Shown here piece after piece: positions 18,927 to 28,883 of a stretch of DNA of 64,000 nt. A program made the translations under genes and the position numbers. The stretch lies in the IMG/VR virus record IMGVR_UViG_3300017565_000002, positions 151,804-215,803 of that record; one strand, written 5' to 3'. The notes under the pieces were generated by a model. That model was not told the origin of the DNA, made no database searches, and saw only the letters and a program-made list of their open reading frames with translations. The stretch comes from a virus (Duplodnaviria; Caudoviricetes). Each line of letters opens with the position of its first letter. Position 1 is the stretch's first letter.

Positions 18927-19862
18927 TTACTTATTATTTAAGGACTTTTCGTGCTGTATGGCCAAATCTAAGATGTTAAACATCTGGTGATGGCCGTATA
19001 AGATTGCGCCAAGGAATTTATGACACAATTGAATGATGCCGTTATACATATCTTGTAGGAAGCCAAGACGTTTATTGATGTCTCCTGCATCCACCGGCCC
19101 GGATTTTACTGCATTGTGGAATCGGTTAGAGGTGTCATCCATCTTACTGGCAATTTGGTTAGCCAGTGTTTGTATCTGATTAATCTCGGAACCGATGCCC
19201 TTTATATAGTATTCGGTCATATGGTTAAGATCCAGAGAAGCAATGGATACTTTCCGGAGCTGCCCAAAGATTGTCGCTTCAAGACTATGCCCATTTATCA
19301 TGTACGATTTATTACCAAAGATAAAGGTTAAAGCGCCATTGACAATGTGGACAACGTTTTGACCACCCAAGGTAAACTCTTGGTTGAAAGGATAGTTTCC
19401 GGGTCTACCTTCGGCAATTGAATCACAGTATCTGAGGATACGGTCGATTGCTTCGTAGAACCGTTTGAAGTTGATTGCTGGTTTATCGAGAACACTGGGT
19501 GCAGAGATGTAGATAATATGCGGGTCTGTCTTCCCTCGTTCTTGGTAGCTTTGAATCAAGTGTCTATTTTTCATGATATAAGCCATATTATCTTCTTTTC
19601 TACCACGGATTTTCTCGACCAGATTGCGGAAGAATGCCTTGACGATATTGATAATCCGTTTGAAGAATGCTTTGATTTTAGCGGCCAAACCATCTGAGGC
19701 CTCTTCCGCCGCTGATTCAGTGAGCAGCTGTTTAGCCGTCGTACTGATCAGTGAGATCGCTTCGTAAATATCACACACATCGACAGTGCTTTCGAAAAAA
19801 GCCAGCTCAGTTTCGAGCTGGCCTTCCCGTATCAGTTGGATACGTTCTGCCAAGTTATCCAT
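18927..19862 (-). CDS. Internal head protein paralog
   Basis: RIQLIRE|G, LLTE|SA, then KIKAFFKRIINIVKAFFRNL. Confidence 0.65.
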   Translation of the reverse strand: MDNLAERIQLIREGQLETELAFFESTVDVCDIYEAISLISTTAKQLLTESAAEEASDGLAAKIKAFFKRIINIVKAFFRNLVEKIRGRKEDNMAYIMKNRHLIQSYQERGKTDPHIIYISAPSVLDKPAINFKRFYEAIDRILRYCDSIAEGRPGNYPFNQEFTLGGQNVVHIVNGALTFIFGNKSYMINGHSLEATIFGQLRKVSIASLDLNHMTEYYIKGIGSEINQIQTLANQIASKMDDTSNRFHNAVKSGPVDAGDINKRLGFLQDMYNGIIQLCHKFLGAILYGHHQMFNILDLAIQHEKSLNNK

Positions 19863-19885
19863 TAATGTAACTCCCCTTCCAAAGT

Positions 19886-20572
19886 TTAGGTAAGGCCCTC
19901 CAAGTATCCACCGCTATAGAATAACCCTGCATCGATGATTACATTCTGTGGAACTTTTTCTGCTAAGGATTTTATTTTCTCAACCACTTTCCGTTCGTCG
20001 TAGTGTGCGCTGATACCTTTAATAACAAAGTAGAACGTCTTAATCTTTGCAATGTCACTCGGTCTAACCAGTGTAGATTTCTTGCTCGTTCCGGCATTTC
20101 CAACCTTTAAGATTGTATCCACGAATTGAGAGCAGAAATAAGATTCTCCATCTTCGCCTCTCTTGTGAGGAATTTTGAATGCATTATAGAGTAACCCGAT
20201 AAAGTTGTATTTCATTTCTCTAGATGTATTTTCCTCGGTTAAATCCATTAGTCTGTCTAACATCGCATCTCGCTCTTGCTTAGGTATAAACGAAACGTAT
20301 AGCGCATAATTTGTACCCGGAGAGAATAAATCAATGTCTGTGAAATTCTCTTTCGCAAATCCACCAACCAATCGATTAATCTGCGAAAGTTTGCCTGATC
20401 CAAAGCTATACATATTCTTTAGCGATGAATCAAACGAGATCGATACATGTGAATAGGTTTCACCTGTGACTCGTCTTATGATGTTTGAAACTGTGGAGCC
20501 TGAACGGCTCATAACGACGAATACTGGGTGATGTTCTCCGACTGGAGAATTATTCACAATGTCTGCGAACAC
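19886..20572 (-). CDS. Permuted papain-like (NlpC/P60, YiiX/YebB C92-type) amidase/peptidase
   Basis: His in YSHVSIS precedes Cys in YFCSQFV; KYNFIGL motif; GTG start. Confidence 0.8.
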   Translation of the reverse strand: MFADIVNNSPVGEHHPVFVVMSRSGSTVSNIIRRVTGETYSHVSISFDSSLKNMYSFGSGKLSQINRLVGGFAKENFTDIDLFSPGTNYALYVSFIPKQERDAMLDRLMDLTEENTSREMKYNFIGLLYNAFKIPHKRGEDGESYFCSQFVDTILKVGNAGTSKKSTLVRPSDIAKIKTFYFVIKGISAHYDERKVVEKIKSLAEKVPQNVIIDAGLFYSGGYLEGLT

Positions 20573-20589
20573 AGTAAATCAACTTCCTT

Positions 20590-21540
20590 TCATCCTTGAA
20601 TTAGGTAGATAATCTGTCGGATTGTGTCTCGTTGACGCTCGTACTTTTCCTTCAGAGCAGCGATCTTAGCGTCAAATACTGAGGAATATATCTTTACAAT
20701 ATCCATGATGAAATTTGTGAGTACCGATTGATACTCTCGGTACATTCCGCCTTCCACCACGTTTACTGTAAATGGCGCATTGGTCGATGGCTTTACCGTT
20801 ACATCATACGATCCAGAGCTAAACTCTAAAGAGTAGATGCGACCGATTTGTGCTTTATAGTCTATAAGAATACTATTGATCATCCGATGGGAGGATCGAA
20901 CAGCTTTCTTGGCTACCTCATAAGTACGAAGATCTGCAATTTGTGCCATCAAATCTTCTCTGGTCAATTTGGTTTCGTATTCAGCAGATGATGGTTTGAA
21001 TACCTTCTTGAGCACATCATCGAATTGTCCCTCGGCAACGGGACCGTTTACACCCATGATTTGTGCTCGAATGAGTGGGAGGTTATCCTGTATTTGATCC
21101 TTGAGGTCTTTCAATGCCTTAGAATCAACCTTCCCACCCATAACAGCCATGGCTGACGTAATAACATCTAAGCTAATCGTGGCTGGTACGGTATTGGTAA
21201 GATTGTATTCTACCTTACGATATCGGATGGATTCAATCTTTTTGTCATCCATCTTCTGAAGAAGAGGTTCATATTTCTTCAAGAGCGATTCCGTCGTCCG
21301 TACCGTCACATCCAGAAGTGCGGTAATTCTTTCATAGGTAGATTTGATATAGTATATGATAGCGTCAATCATCTGGATAAACTTTTGTTTAATAAAGGAA
21401 GTTTCATGAAGAATTGCGATACGTCCGGTTTCGTTGAAGCATTGGACCCCTAATGTATACTCTTCGTAAGATTCTCTAAGGAGATCTGTCAGATTCAAGG
21501 ATTCATTCAACACCGGTTCACTTGGATGATAACCAAACAT
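20590..21540 (-). CDS. Internal head protein paralog
   Basis: Start refined to MFGYHP (GGAGG RBS); VLNE|S, LLRE|S, ILHE|T, then amphipathic helix. Confidence 0.6.
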   Translation of the reverse strand: MFGYHPSEPVLNESLNLTDLLRESYEEYTLGVQCFNETGRIAILHETSFIKQKFIQMIDAIIYYIKSTYERITALLDVTVRTTESLLKKYEPLLQKMDDKKIESIRYRKVEYNLTNTVPATISLDVITSAMAVMGGKVDSKALKDLKDQIQDNLPLIRAQIMGVNGPVAEGQFDDVLKKVFKPSSAEYETKLTREDLMAQIADLRTYEVAKKAVRSSHRMINSILIDYKAQIGRIYSLEFSSGSYDVTVKPSTNAPFTVNVVEGGMYREYQSVLTNFIMDIVKIYSSVFDAKIAALKEKYERQRDTIRQIIYLIQG

Positions 21541-21564
21541 ATTCAAGCCTCCCAACTTGCATGT

Positions 21565-21576
21565 TAATGCAATGTT
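21565..21576 (-). promoter_or_regulatory. Putative late promoter AACA-N6-TA
   Basis: AACAttgcatTA downstream of the 21594-21620 hairpin. Confidence 0.55.
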
Positions 21577-21593
21577 TTATTTATCGAAATAGA

Positions 21594-21620
21594 ACACACT
21601 ACCTCTGGAAGGTAGTGTGT
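21594..21620 (-). terminator. Intrinsic terminator
   Basis: ACACACTACC/GGTAGTGTGT stem. Confidence 0.6.
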
Positions 21621-21625
21621 ATCCG

Positions 21626-22789
21626 TTAAATAATTCCGATCAACCCTACACCTTTTATTGTATGATCATCCAAGTCCAAGTAGGCGGTGTAAGGTTCAAT
21701 GAATGCATTTTCGGTTACTTCTTCCGCGTTCTCATTCACTGGGTTTGTCAACGCATTATTCTTATATCGATAGGCATAGACGATAAATCGTCTAGCTTCG
21801 GTATATTGCTCAAGAATTGCATTGATCTTTACTTGAGTCAATCGTGTATACACCAGCATGGCGGTGTTTATAATCCTAATCCGTGCTCGGTGATAAGCGA
21901 TTCGCTCAGTTGCCAATATACGAGGATTTCCGTTATAAATATTCTTGGATCGATTATCGATCGATATTGCATTCATGAGATTTGACTGGAGTTCATGGAC
22001 TTGGCGTACAAGCTCACCATGTACCCGATTGATATCCGCTTGAGCCCGTGAGACATTCTCCACGATTGTAAACAGATCCGGCGTGAATAATACCGGCTTA
22101 CGTTTACTATTATTCCGAAGTGCTTTATTTGCACTATCTTGGAGATCGTCAAGCGATTTTGCATTTGTAGCGAAGATGATGTTAGCTGCCTTATTGATCA
22201 GGTAGCCGTCATCAATCTTTTCGACGGTTTTTACATTATCCGATAAATGTTTCTTTTTGTCGTCGGGTAATGTGTCGCTGAATTCTTCCGTCAGGTCATA
22301 CTTGAAATCAGAGTAGAGCGTTCCCCAGCTACCTTCGATCTTTGTTAGATCGATTGCGCGGAAGTTGTACTCATGCATCTCGGCTTTCAATGTCCTAATT
22401 ACACTACGCGGGTTATTGTATAACTCGGTAAGTACAGGACGCATTTCTTGGAAAATCTTTTTGTCAGATAGCAACTTAGTTTGAATCTTTGCTATGATCA
22501 TATTGAAGAATTTGACGATCCAATTTTTGATTGCGTCGAGGATCTTTAAGAGTTTCTTATAGACACCATCGACTGCGCCTTCCATAATCAAATCTGCTTG
22601 CTCGTTAATTATCCCACCCGTCTCATTAAGCACTTCAGTCATCCGTTGACGATAAAAACTGACCGCAGTATTTAAACTGCGGTCAGCCTCTGTCACCAGG
22701 ATTTCGAAGTCGCTTGTATCAAAGTCGAGCCTGCTATCCAGACCAACTACTTTGACGGGATCACCCATTTGCGCTTCAAAATCAAACAT
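21626..22789 (-). CDS. Internal head protein paralog (387 aa, twin A)
   Basis: MFDFE..., LIME|G, AIKNWIVKFFNMII; clear paralog of the next gene. Confidence 0.7.
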   Translation of the reverse strand: MFDFEAQMGDPVKVVGLDSRLDFDTSDFEILVTEADRSLNTAVSFYRQRMTEVLNETGGIINEQADLIMEGAVDGVYKKLLKILDAIKNWIVKFFNMIIAKIQTKLLSDKKIFQEMRPVLTELYNNPRSVIRTLKAEMHEYNFRAIDLTKIEGSWGTLYSDFKYDLTEEFSDTLPDDKKKHLSDNVKTVEKIDDGYLINKAANIIFATNAKSLDDLQDSANKALRNNSKRKPVLFTPDLFTIVENVSRAQADINRVHGELVRQVHELQSNLMNAISIDNRSKNIYNGNPRILATERIAYHRARIRIINTAMLVYTRLTQVKINAILEQYTEARRFIVYAYRYKNNALTNPVNENAEEVTENAFIEPYTAYLDLDDHTIKGVGLIGII

Positions 22790-22833
22790 GGTGGAAACCC
22801 TCCTATTATGTGATAGGCCGGCCAGTGTTTAAC

Positions 22834-23997
22834 TTACCACGCGTCGTTAGCGGATTCGTTAAACGGATACGGAGTATCGGCAACTTCGTCCGAATCCACA
22901 TCGAGGTATGGTTCGTATAGATCTTCTGCCGCTTCGTTGATGTTCTTCGGTGCCTTGTAGTGATACGCTTTGACAACGAACTGCTTTGCTTCGCGGGCTT
23001 GTTCAACCGCTGCTTGCAGCTTGATGTTGTTCAGCAGGATAGCCGTATCCAAAGCAACGCTCAGAATTTTGCGCTTTGCGTTGAAGTATGCAACTTGACC
23101 GGAGTGGAACGACTTAGCAGCCGTCACATGGTCTTTGTTTTTCGGATCGGTTTTGATGGAGCTGCTGGTGGAAGTTTTGGATTCCTTGACCTTGGATTTG
23201 ATCTCTTTGATCATGTCATCCACTTCCTTGACCATACCCTTGAACGCCTTGTCGATTGGCTCCTTAACCTTTTGGAAGTTCTCGACAACGGCAGCATAGT
23301 CCATGCTGAATTCCTTCGCTTTGCGTTCGCCGCCTTTGCGGAGCAACTTGCGTGCTTCCACGCCGACGTCTTTCATCGATTTTGCATTGCCAGTATACAT
23401 ACTGCGAACCGCACGGAGTGCGATGTCTTCGCGGGAAGTCGACTCGACCGCTTTAACGGACTCGTCGAGCTTTTCGCGGCTGGAATCTGTATAGTCCGGA
23501 GTCAAATCATACGCCGAAGCTTTGTACTGATCGTTCCATTTGCCGACGATATTTTCGATTTTGATTACACCAAGATCGTATTCATGAACCTCGGCTTTCA
23601 AACCTTTCAGTTCGCCGTTGTTAAGTTTCTTGGCCACTTCCGGTTTGATTTTGTCAATGACCTTTTTGTTGGTAACCATGAACGTTTGAACTTTCAGGAT
23701 GATCGTTTGCGCCGTTTTGATCAGCCAGTTTTTGATGGCTGTCAAGAGTTTGACGATGCGTTGGCCGATGGTTTCATTTGCGTTTTCCATGACCAGCTCA
23801 GCATCTTCGTTCAACACACCGGCACTTTCCGTCAAGACTTCGCTCATAAGCGAGCGGAAGCCGCTCATGCGCTTAGTGATAGCGTCGTCTGCCTCGGTGA
23901 TCATACTGGTGAAATCGCTGCTGTCGAAATTGAACGTCGTAGCCTCAAGAGCTAAAACGTTCGGTTGGGATTCTTTTGTGCTGGTGAAATCAAACAT
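22834..23997 (-). CDS. Internal head protein paralog (387 aa, twin B; probably abundant)
   Basis: MFDFT..., LVME|N, AIKNWLIKTAQTII; visibly biased, GC-richer codon use. Confidence 0.7.
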   Translation of the reverse strand: MFDFTSTKESQPNVLALEATTFNFDSSDFTSMITEADDAITKRMSGFRSLMSEVLTESAGVLNEDAELVMENANETIGQRIVKLLTAIKNWLIKTAQTIILKVQTFMVTNKKVIDKIKPEVAKKLNNGELKGLKAEVHEYDLGVIKIENIVGKWNDQYKASAYDLTPDYTDSSREKLDESVKAVESTSREDIALRAVRSMYTGNAKSMKDVGVEARKLLRKGGERKAKEFSMDYAAVVENFQKVKEPIDKAFKGMVKEVDDMIKEIKSKVKESKTSTSSSIKTDPKNKDHVTAAKSFHSGQVAYFNAKRKILSVALDTAILLNNIKLQAAVEQAREAKQFVVKAYHYKAPKNINEAAEDLYEPYLDVDSDEVADTPYPFNESANDAW

Positions 23998-24059
23998 GTT
24001 TCTACCTCCTAAAGGATGGATTATAAGATTTATCCTATGTTTGTACTACTTACATATAT

Positions 24060-24071
24060 CAATGAAATGTT
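24060..24071 (-). promoter_or_regulatory. Putative late promoter AACA-N6-TG
   Basis: AACAtttcatTG upstream of the 23997 start. Confidence 0.45.
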
Positions 24072-25176
24072 ACTTGGGATAAACACTATTTGTCTTGAAT
24101 AATTGGTCAGGAATTGCACATTCGGTATACAAGATGCCGATTTCGGAATCTGCATGAGGCAGATAGCTCTCATTGAGTTTATTGAACGGATCAGCCCTGT
24201 TCTGAACTGTGTCGTAGGTGTTGATAACAATCCTACGATAGTTGACGCTCAATTCTTCCAAAATTTCAGATTTTATCCGGATGACTTCGACAATCAGGGA
24301 GAGTGTGTAACACATAGCCATCTTCCGATTGACGAAAAATTTGGTGATGATCGACCCGGCATATTCATTTCCTTCATCGAGGAAAATCTTTTTGCTTTCT
24401 TGGCAGTTGATGATTTCATTCTCCAACTCCAAGATGATGGCATTGATTTCGTCGATATTAATATAGCTATCTACACTCAGTAACGTTGCAAAAACTTCAT
24501 CTGTGAAATAGCGAGTTTCGGTTGCCGTTGGATCAACCAAGCTGTCACGAACTCTTGTATACATACTATCTCCAACGGTTATCGTCGAGGGAACGCCCAA
24601 GAGCGCTTTTTTCAACGTCTCGGTGATATTACCCATCCCACATTTATAGTAGGCATCGTTGATGCGTTCGATTTCATCAATCGGCTTGGTGACATTTTTG
24701 GTGTCTAACTCCAATACATCCTCAATAACCGCTTTTGCTCTGGATAGAAGCTCGCTGGTTGAAAGTGTATCCAAATTATACCGAGGTACGGTATAAGATA
24801 CCTTGCTTACATCCACCTGCTTCAGAAGTGGTTGATAGCGATGAGTGACATCGGAGTTTGCTTTCTTCAATGTATCCAATGTCATCTTAACGCTACTGCG
24901 AATTTTTTCAAATCCGCTGATTGTTTCGTTTGCATCATTGATGACATCCTCGATAATATCCTTGGACGCTTCTGTCAGGATGGTAGTTACAGATTCATCA
25001 TATACACCGTCATTCTTACTCAGTGCTTCAGACAGAAGTCCGCCATATAGCTTAACTTTCATCGATGTAATATGGTTGGATTCAATCATTGCATGGTTTA
25101 ATTGATCCACCGCTTCTTGGATAGACGTTCTTGGATTGTGGTCACGATGAATTTTACCTTTGATATCATTAAACAT
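24070..25176 (-). CDS. Internal head protein paralog
   Basis: Start refined to MFNDIK behind AAGGAGG; SIQE|A, ILTE|A, KLNE|S. Confidence 0.6.
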   Translation of the reverse strand: MFNDIKGKIHRDHNPRTSIQEAVDQLNHAMIESNHITSMKVKLYGGLLSEALSKNDGVYDESVTTILTEASKDIIEDVINDANETISGFEKIRSSVKMTLDTLKKANSDVTHRYQPLLKQVDVSKVSYTVPRYNLDTLSTSELLSRAKAVIEDVLELDTKNVTKPIDEIERINDAYYKCGMGNITETLKKALLGVPSTITVGDSMYTRVRDSLVDPTATETRYFTDEVFATLLSVDSYINIDEINAIILELENEIINCQESKKIFLDEGNEYAGSIITKFFVNRKMAMCYTLSLIVEVIRIKSEILEELSVNYRRIVINTYDTVQNRADPFNKLNESYLPHADSEIGILYTECAIPDQLFKTNSVYPK

Positions 25177-25192
25177 ATTTAAACCTCCTTGG

Positions 25193-26047
25193 TTAATTTG
25201 GATGTGCCATGAAAGAAGCAACTTTAAACATCCGGTCATACCCATACAAAATTACCGAATGGATAAGTGTTACACCCCTGAGTATCCCCTCGAATAATGC
25301 AGAGATGATTTTAAGGGTCAGAGGAATATCATTGTCACTCATAGTCATTTCGGCTAATCCGTATTTCTTAGCGACTCGTCCCATTCGATCGTTAATACCC
25401 TTTAACACCTTGTCGATGACGGAAAGGAACCTATCGAATTCGATCAGACGCTTGATAACGGTTGCCGTTGGTAAAGTGTTCAATTGTACATAATCAAATG
25501 ACCCATATACCATGGTATACAAGGATATCCGCCCATCAGTTCCTCGGAAGGGAACACCGAATGAATCCTTGATAATGGTTGTTTGGATCTTATTTGTAAG
25601 ATCTGGAAGATTGTTTCGATAAGTTAATAGCTGAGGGAAGCGCTGAAGGACTTTATCATCATTCGCGCCTCTCTCCAACTCATCGATATCCTCCAACCAG
25701 CTATTAACCGCTTTTTCGATATCATCAAAATCAATATCCGCTTTAAATAGCCGAACCGGCATTTCCATCTTATGCGCTCCGTCATAGGAAAGAATACGGT
25801 TCCTCATTGCCAGTAGAGATTGGACATTTTTTGCTTTGACCATCCCTAGTCGTCTCCGAATCCACTGAATGAAAGCCACGATCTTTTCTTGAAGATAGCG
25901 AATGAATGCTTTAATTCTTGACTGATCTTGGGCTTCGACCAGAACTAAAGACCTATGCTCCGCCAATAAGTTCATGTCCTTCAATGATTCATAGAAGGTA
26001 ACAATTTCACATTCTTGCAATTGAAAGTGTCGTATAGGTGGGAACAA
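25193..26047 (-). CDS. Internal head protein paralog
   Basis: TTG start with GAGGTG RBS; VLVE|A then RIKAFIRYLQEKIVAFIQWI. Confidence 0.6.
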   Translation of the reverse strand: MFPPIRHFQLQECEIVTFYESLKDMNLLAEHRSLVLVEAQDQSRIKAFIRYLQEKIVAFIQWIRRRLGMVKAKNVQSLLAMRNRILSYDGAHKMEMPVRLFKADIDFDDIEKAVNSWLEDIDELERGANDDKVLQRFPQLLTYRNNLPDLTNKIQTTIIKDSFGVPFRGTDGRISLYTMVYGSFDYVQLNTLPTATVIKRLIEFDRFLSVIDKVLKGINDRMGRVAKKYGLAEMTMSDNDIPLTLKIISALFEGILRGVTLIHSVILYGYDRMFKVASFMAHPN

Positions 26048-26069
26048 ATTGACTCACCTCGCAATCCTC

Positions 26070-26939
26070 TTAAGCGCCTTCAACGCGCGCCATTGTATTC
26101 GCAACCCGAATAAGTGTTGAATAAGCAGACAGAACCAATGCATATACTTTGGTCAATCCCGCTATGATTCCATCAAGAACGACGATGATAAGATTGGCCA
26201 ACTTATTTGCAGACCTTAGATCCTGTTCTTTCAATCGTCTAGTCTGCATAAAGTTATTTAAGCCAGTATTCACATACGTTCTTAATGTGGAAACCGTTTC
26301 AACCACCAAACTATAATGGTCAAGTTTCTGATTGACTGTGCGACCTCCGACTGTACCGAGATTCACATCTATCGATTGACCATATACTTCGGAAACCAAA
26401 TCTTCACTGTCTAAGTTTTTCTCATCAATATCATACATGGATGTGACAATATCGGCAGCTATCTTATTTTTCAAGCCTTCCAAATCATCCATATACATGG
26501 CGATACCCACATACTTATTCATACCTTCAGGGTTAAGTCCATCTCTGGCAAACATACCAATTTCGGTCATATACTCACCGATCCGACGGTCAAGTGCTTT
26601 ATTGTCCGGGGTGAGCAGGAATAATTTCTCAGGAATTCTAACGATGTCATTACCATTGTAGTTAGCAATGGCGTTTGTCATCGTCCGACTCCTCTTACCT
26701 CTGGTAAGACTGAGTTTGTTCAATAACCAATTGAAGAAGTCGATAACTTTCTTTCGCATGAACTCAATCGCTTTTTTGATAATATCTATTGCTGAGGTTT
26801 CAGTTAGTAAATCCGTTTCGATAAGGTATTGGCTACATTCTTTCATGAGCATGTGATAGACATGTGATTCTTCTATCCGCCCATCCAGTTCCACCATACC
26901 CTCTCGAATAAACTGAATGCGAGTGTTCAAATCAAACAT
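26070..26939 (-). CDS. Internal head protein paralog
   Basis: MFDLNTRIQFIRE|G; LLTE|T then IKKAIEFMRKKVIDFFNWLL. Confidence 0.65.
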   Translation of the reverse strand: MFDLNTRIQFIREGMVELDGRIEESHVYHMLMKECSQYLIETDLLTETSAIDIIKKAIEFMRKKVIDFFNWLLNKLSLTRGKRSRTMTNAIANYNGNDIVRIPEKLFLLTPDNKALDRRIGEYMTEIGMFARDGLNPEGMNKYVGIAMYMDDLEGLKNKIAADIVTSMYDIDEKNLDSEDLVSEVYGQSIDVNLGTVGGRTVNQKLDHYSLVVETVSTLRTYVNTGLNNFMQTRRLKEQDLRSANKLANLIIVVLDGIIAGLTKVYALVLSAYSTLIRVANTMARVEGA

Positions 26940-27838
26940 TAAAGAGCCTCCTTTAGCCCTTTATTAGCTTTGATCATATAGGATAGTACACCGAATAGCA
27001 TATAGTATACTTTCGAATAAACGGATAGGAAGGTTGTGGAGACATCCAGAATTGCCATAATGGAGTTTGCGATGTAACTGATGGCTGTATTCGATTCCGG
27101 TGCTTCCTTCATCTTCTTCTCATAATCCGTTAACAATCCTGTCAAGCTTACATTCATATCTGATTTGAACCGTTCGATGTAATCAATCGAGTCAGATAAC
27201 TCAGTAAATTTAGAGAAGAGTTTCTGCTTATCAATTGATGACAAAGGAATCGGCTTCACTTCACCGTAGATATACGCAAGAATTGCATCAACCCTTTCGG
27301 CATCACCCAGTGCGACACTTGCATTTGCCAATATCGTTCGCATCAACGTTTCGGACAATTCGGCGGAAGTTGGAACACCATTAGGAGTTTTCTTACTGGT
27401 AGATGCAGAGCCAGATATAATATTCATCGATACTTCATCTTGGAATTTATGGATGTAAGCTATGACACTGGTCAGACTAATATCACTTGTAGGAGATAGA
27501 ATCTTCTCCGGAAGATTTACTTGTGTTGTATTATCGATTGGGAAACGGATGATAGCCGCTCTATTCTTTATGACCCAGTTCGTCTTCTGCTTCTTGTCAC
27601 CCTTTATCCAAGCAATCCATTTTTTCAATACAGCGATGACCTTTTCAATGATCATGCGGATAAATTTCTTACCTCTTTCCAACCAATTGCCACCATCTTC
27701 ATTTGCAGCTTCCATGATATAAACATAGGAAGCCTCTCGAATACTCATAACAGCCTCGTGGAAGGTAATCGGTTTAACACTTTCTCTGCTAGGTACAATT
27801 AGACCGTTTTCATATATCAGATGATCATACATTGTCAA
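26939..27838 (-). CDS. Internal head protein paralog
   Basis: YIME|A then KFIRMIIEKVIAVLKKWIAWI. Confidence 0.6.
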   Translation of the reverse strand: MTMYDHLIYENGLIVPSRESVKPITFHEAVMSIREASYVYIMEAANEDGGNWLERGKKFIRMIIEKVIAVLKKWIAWIKGDKKQKTNWVIKNRAAIIRFPIDNTTQVNLPEKILSPTSDISLTSVIAYIHKFQDEVSMNIISGSASTSKKTPNGVPTSAELSETLMRTILANASVALGDAERVDAILAYIYGEVKPIPLSSIDKQKLFSKFTELSDSIDYIERFKSDMNVSLTGLLTDYEKKMKEAPESNTAISYIANSIMAILDVSTTFLSVYSKVYYMLFGVLSYMIKANKGLKEAL

Positions 27839-28755
27839 CCTACTCCCTTCCTGACCTTAGCATGGATAACCATTGCAGATGCGGTGGATACAATAGAAGA
27901 CATAATTTGAAGTGCTGTATTTGCAATCAGGTGTACATTTCGGTTGAAGAATGACGTAAAGTAATGAACGACAGTATTGAACATGTGTTGAGGGTTTGGT
28001 CCAAGCATATTCAACTTGTCCGTTACCTTCGTCGCTGTGTTCAACGTATTGAGAATCTTGGTATATTCCTTCGAGAACTCGTCGAATTCAGTTTTGAACT
28101 CACCCGTCTTGAGGAATACATCATAGAACTTGTCAACATGTACACCTTTCATCACTTTCTTTTCTCCAATCAATTCAGCCCGAATTTCATCAGCCGAACG
28201 ATGGTTGAATTGAGATAGGGATGGGACATAGCCTTCGAATCTCTTTGCAAGGGATTTCCCTTTGGTTGCGATAGCTTTGGTTACCTCGACGCCTTTTTGG
28301 AGAGTGCTCATCGAGGAAAGTAATTCGTCTAAACTGTTGATACGGTGGTTCTTAAGTTCTGCACTAGCTTTCTTAAGTCTATCCAATACAGAACCGAACG
28401 AGTTGATATTCGAGTACGTTTCAACCTCGATTTTACTATAATCGACTTTACGGAGTATCTTCTGATACCGGTTAAGCCGAGTTTGCGTGATTTTGAACGT
28501 ACGATCGAAGAAATCTTTGATCTTTGTGATCATCTTCTTGAATACTTCGATCAGTCGGGTGATGATACCCTTCCGCTCTCCTTCGGTGTCAGCTTCGGTT
28601 ATGATCATTCCATGAGAAGGTGTTGTTTCGTACAATGAGACGATGGATGATTCCAGAAAAAAATGGGATTGATTGAATCTTAACTCCCCCACCGACTCTT
28701 GGATCAGTTCCGCAAAGTTCAACCTCTGAGATTCTTGGATAATATCATTAAACAT
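27835..28755 (-). CDS. Internal head protein paralog
   Basis: Start refined to MFNDIIQE|S; IITE|A then RLIEVFKKMITKIKDFFDR. Confidence 0.6.
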   Translation of the reverse strand: MFNDIIQESQRLNFAELIQESVGELRFNQSHFFLESSIVSLYETTPSHGMIITEADTEGERKGIITRLIEVFKKMITKIKDFFDRTFKITQTRLNRYQKILRKVDYSKIEVETYSNINSFGSVLDRLKKASAELKNHRINSLDELLSSMSTLQKGVEVTKAIATKGKSLAKRFEGYVPSLSQFNHRSADEIRAELIGEKKVMKGVHVDKFYDVFLKTGEFKTEFDEFSKEYTKILNTLNTATKVTDKLNMLGPNPQHMFNTVVHYFTSFFNRNVHLIANTALQIMSSIVSTASAMVIHAKVRKGVG

Positions 28756-28836
28756 TCCGGGAATTCCCCTTTCTTGAGCGATTTTCACAATGCTTTTTAA
28801 ATTGTTCTACAATACAGAATTAACTTCACACGTAGA

Positions 28837-28867
28837 AAACCATCCCTCTGCGGTTTAGGGATGGTTT
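28837..28867 (-). terminator. Intrinsic terminator
   Basis: AAACCATCCCT/AGGGATGGTTT stem. Confidence 0.6.
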
Positions 28868-28883
28868 CTTTTATAGACAAGTC

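Noticed and set aside
22960-23955. 331-aa plus-strand ORF
   Set aside because: Antisense shadow of the codon-biased 387-aa gene; no RBS or promoter and no protein-like motifs.
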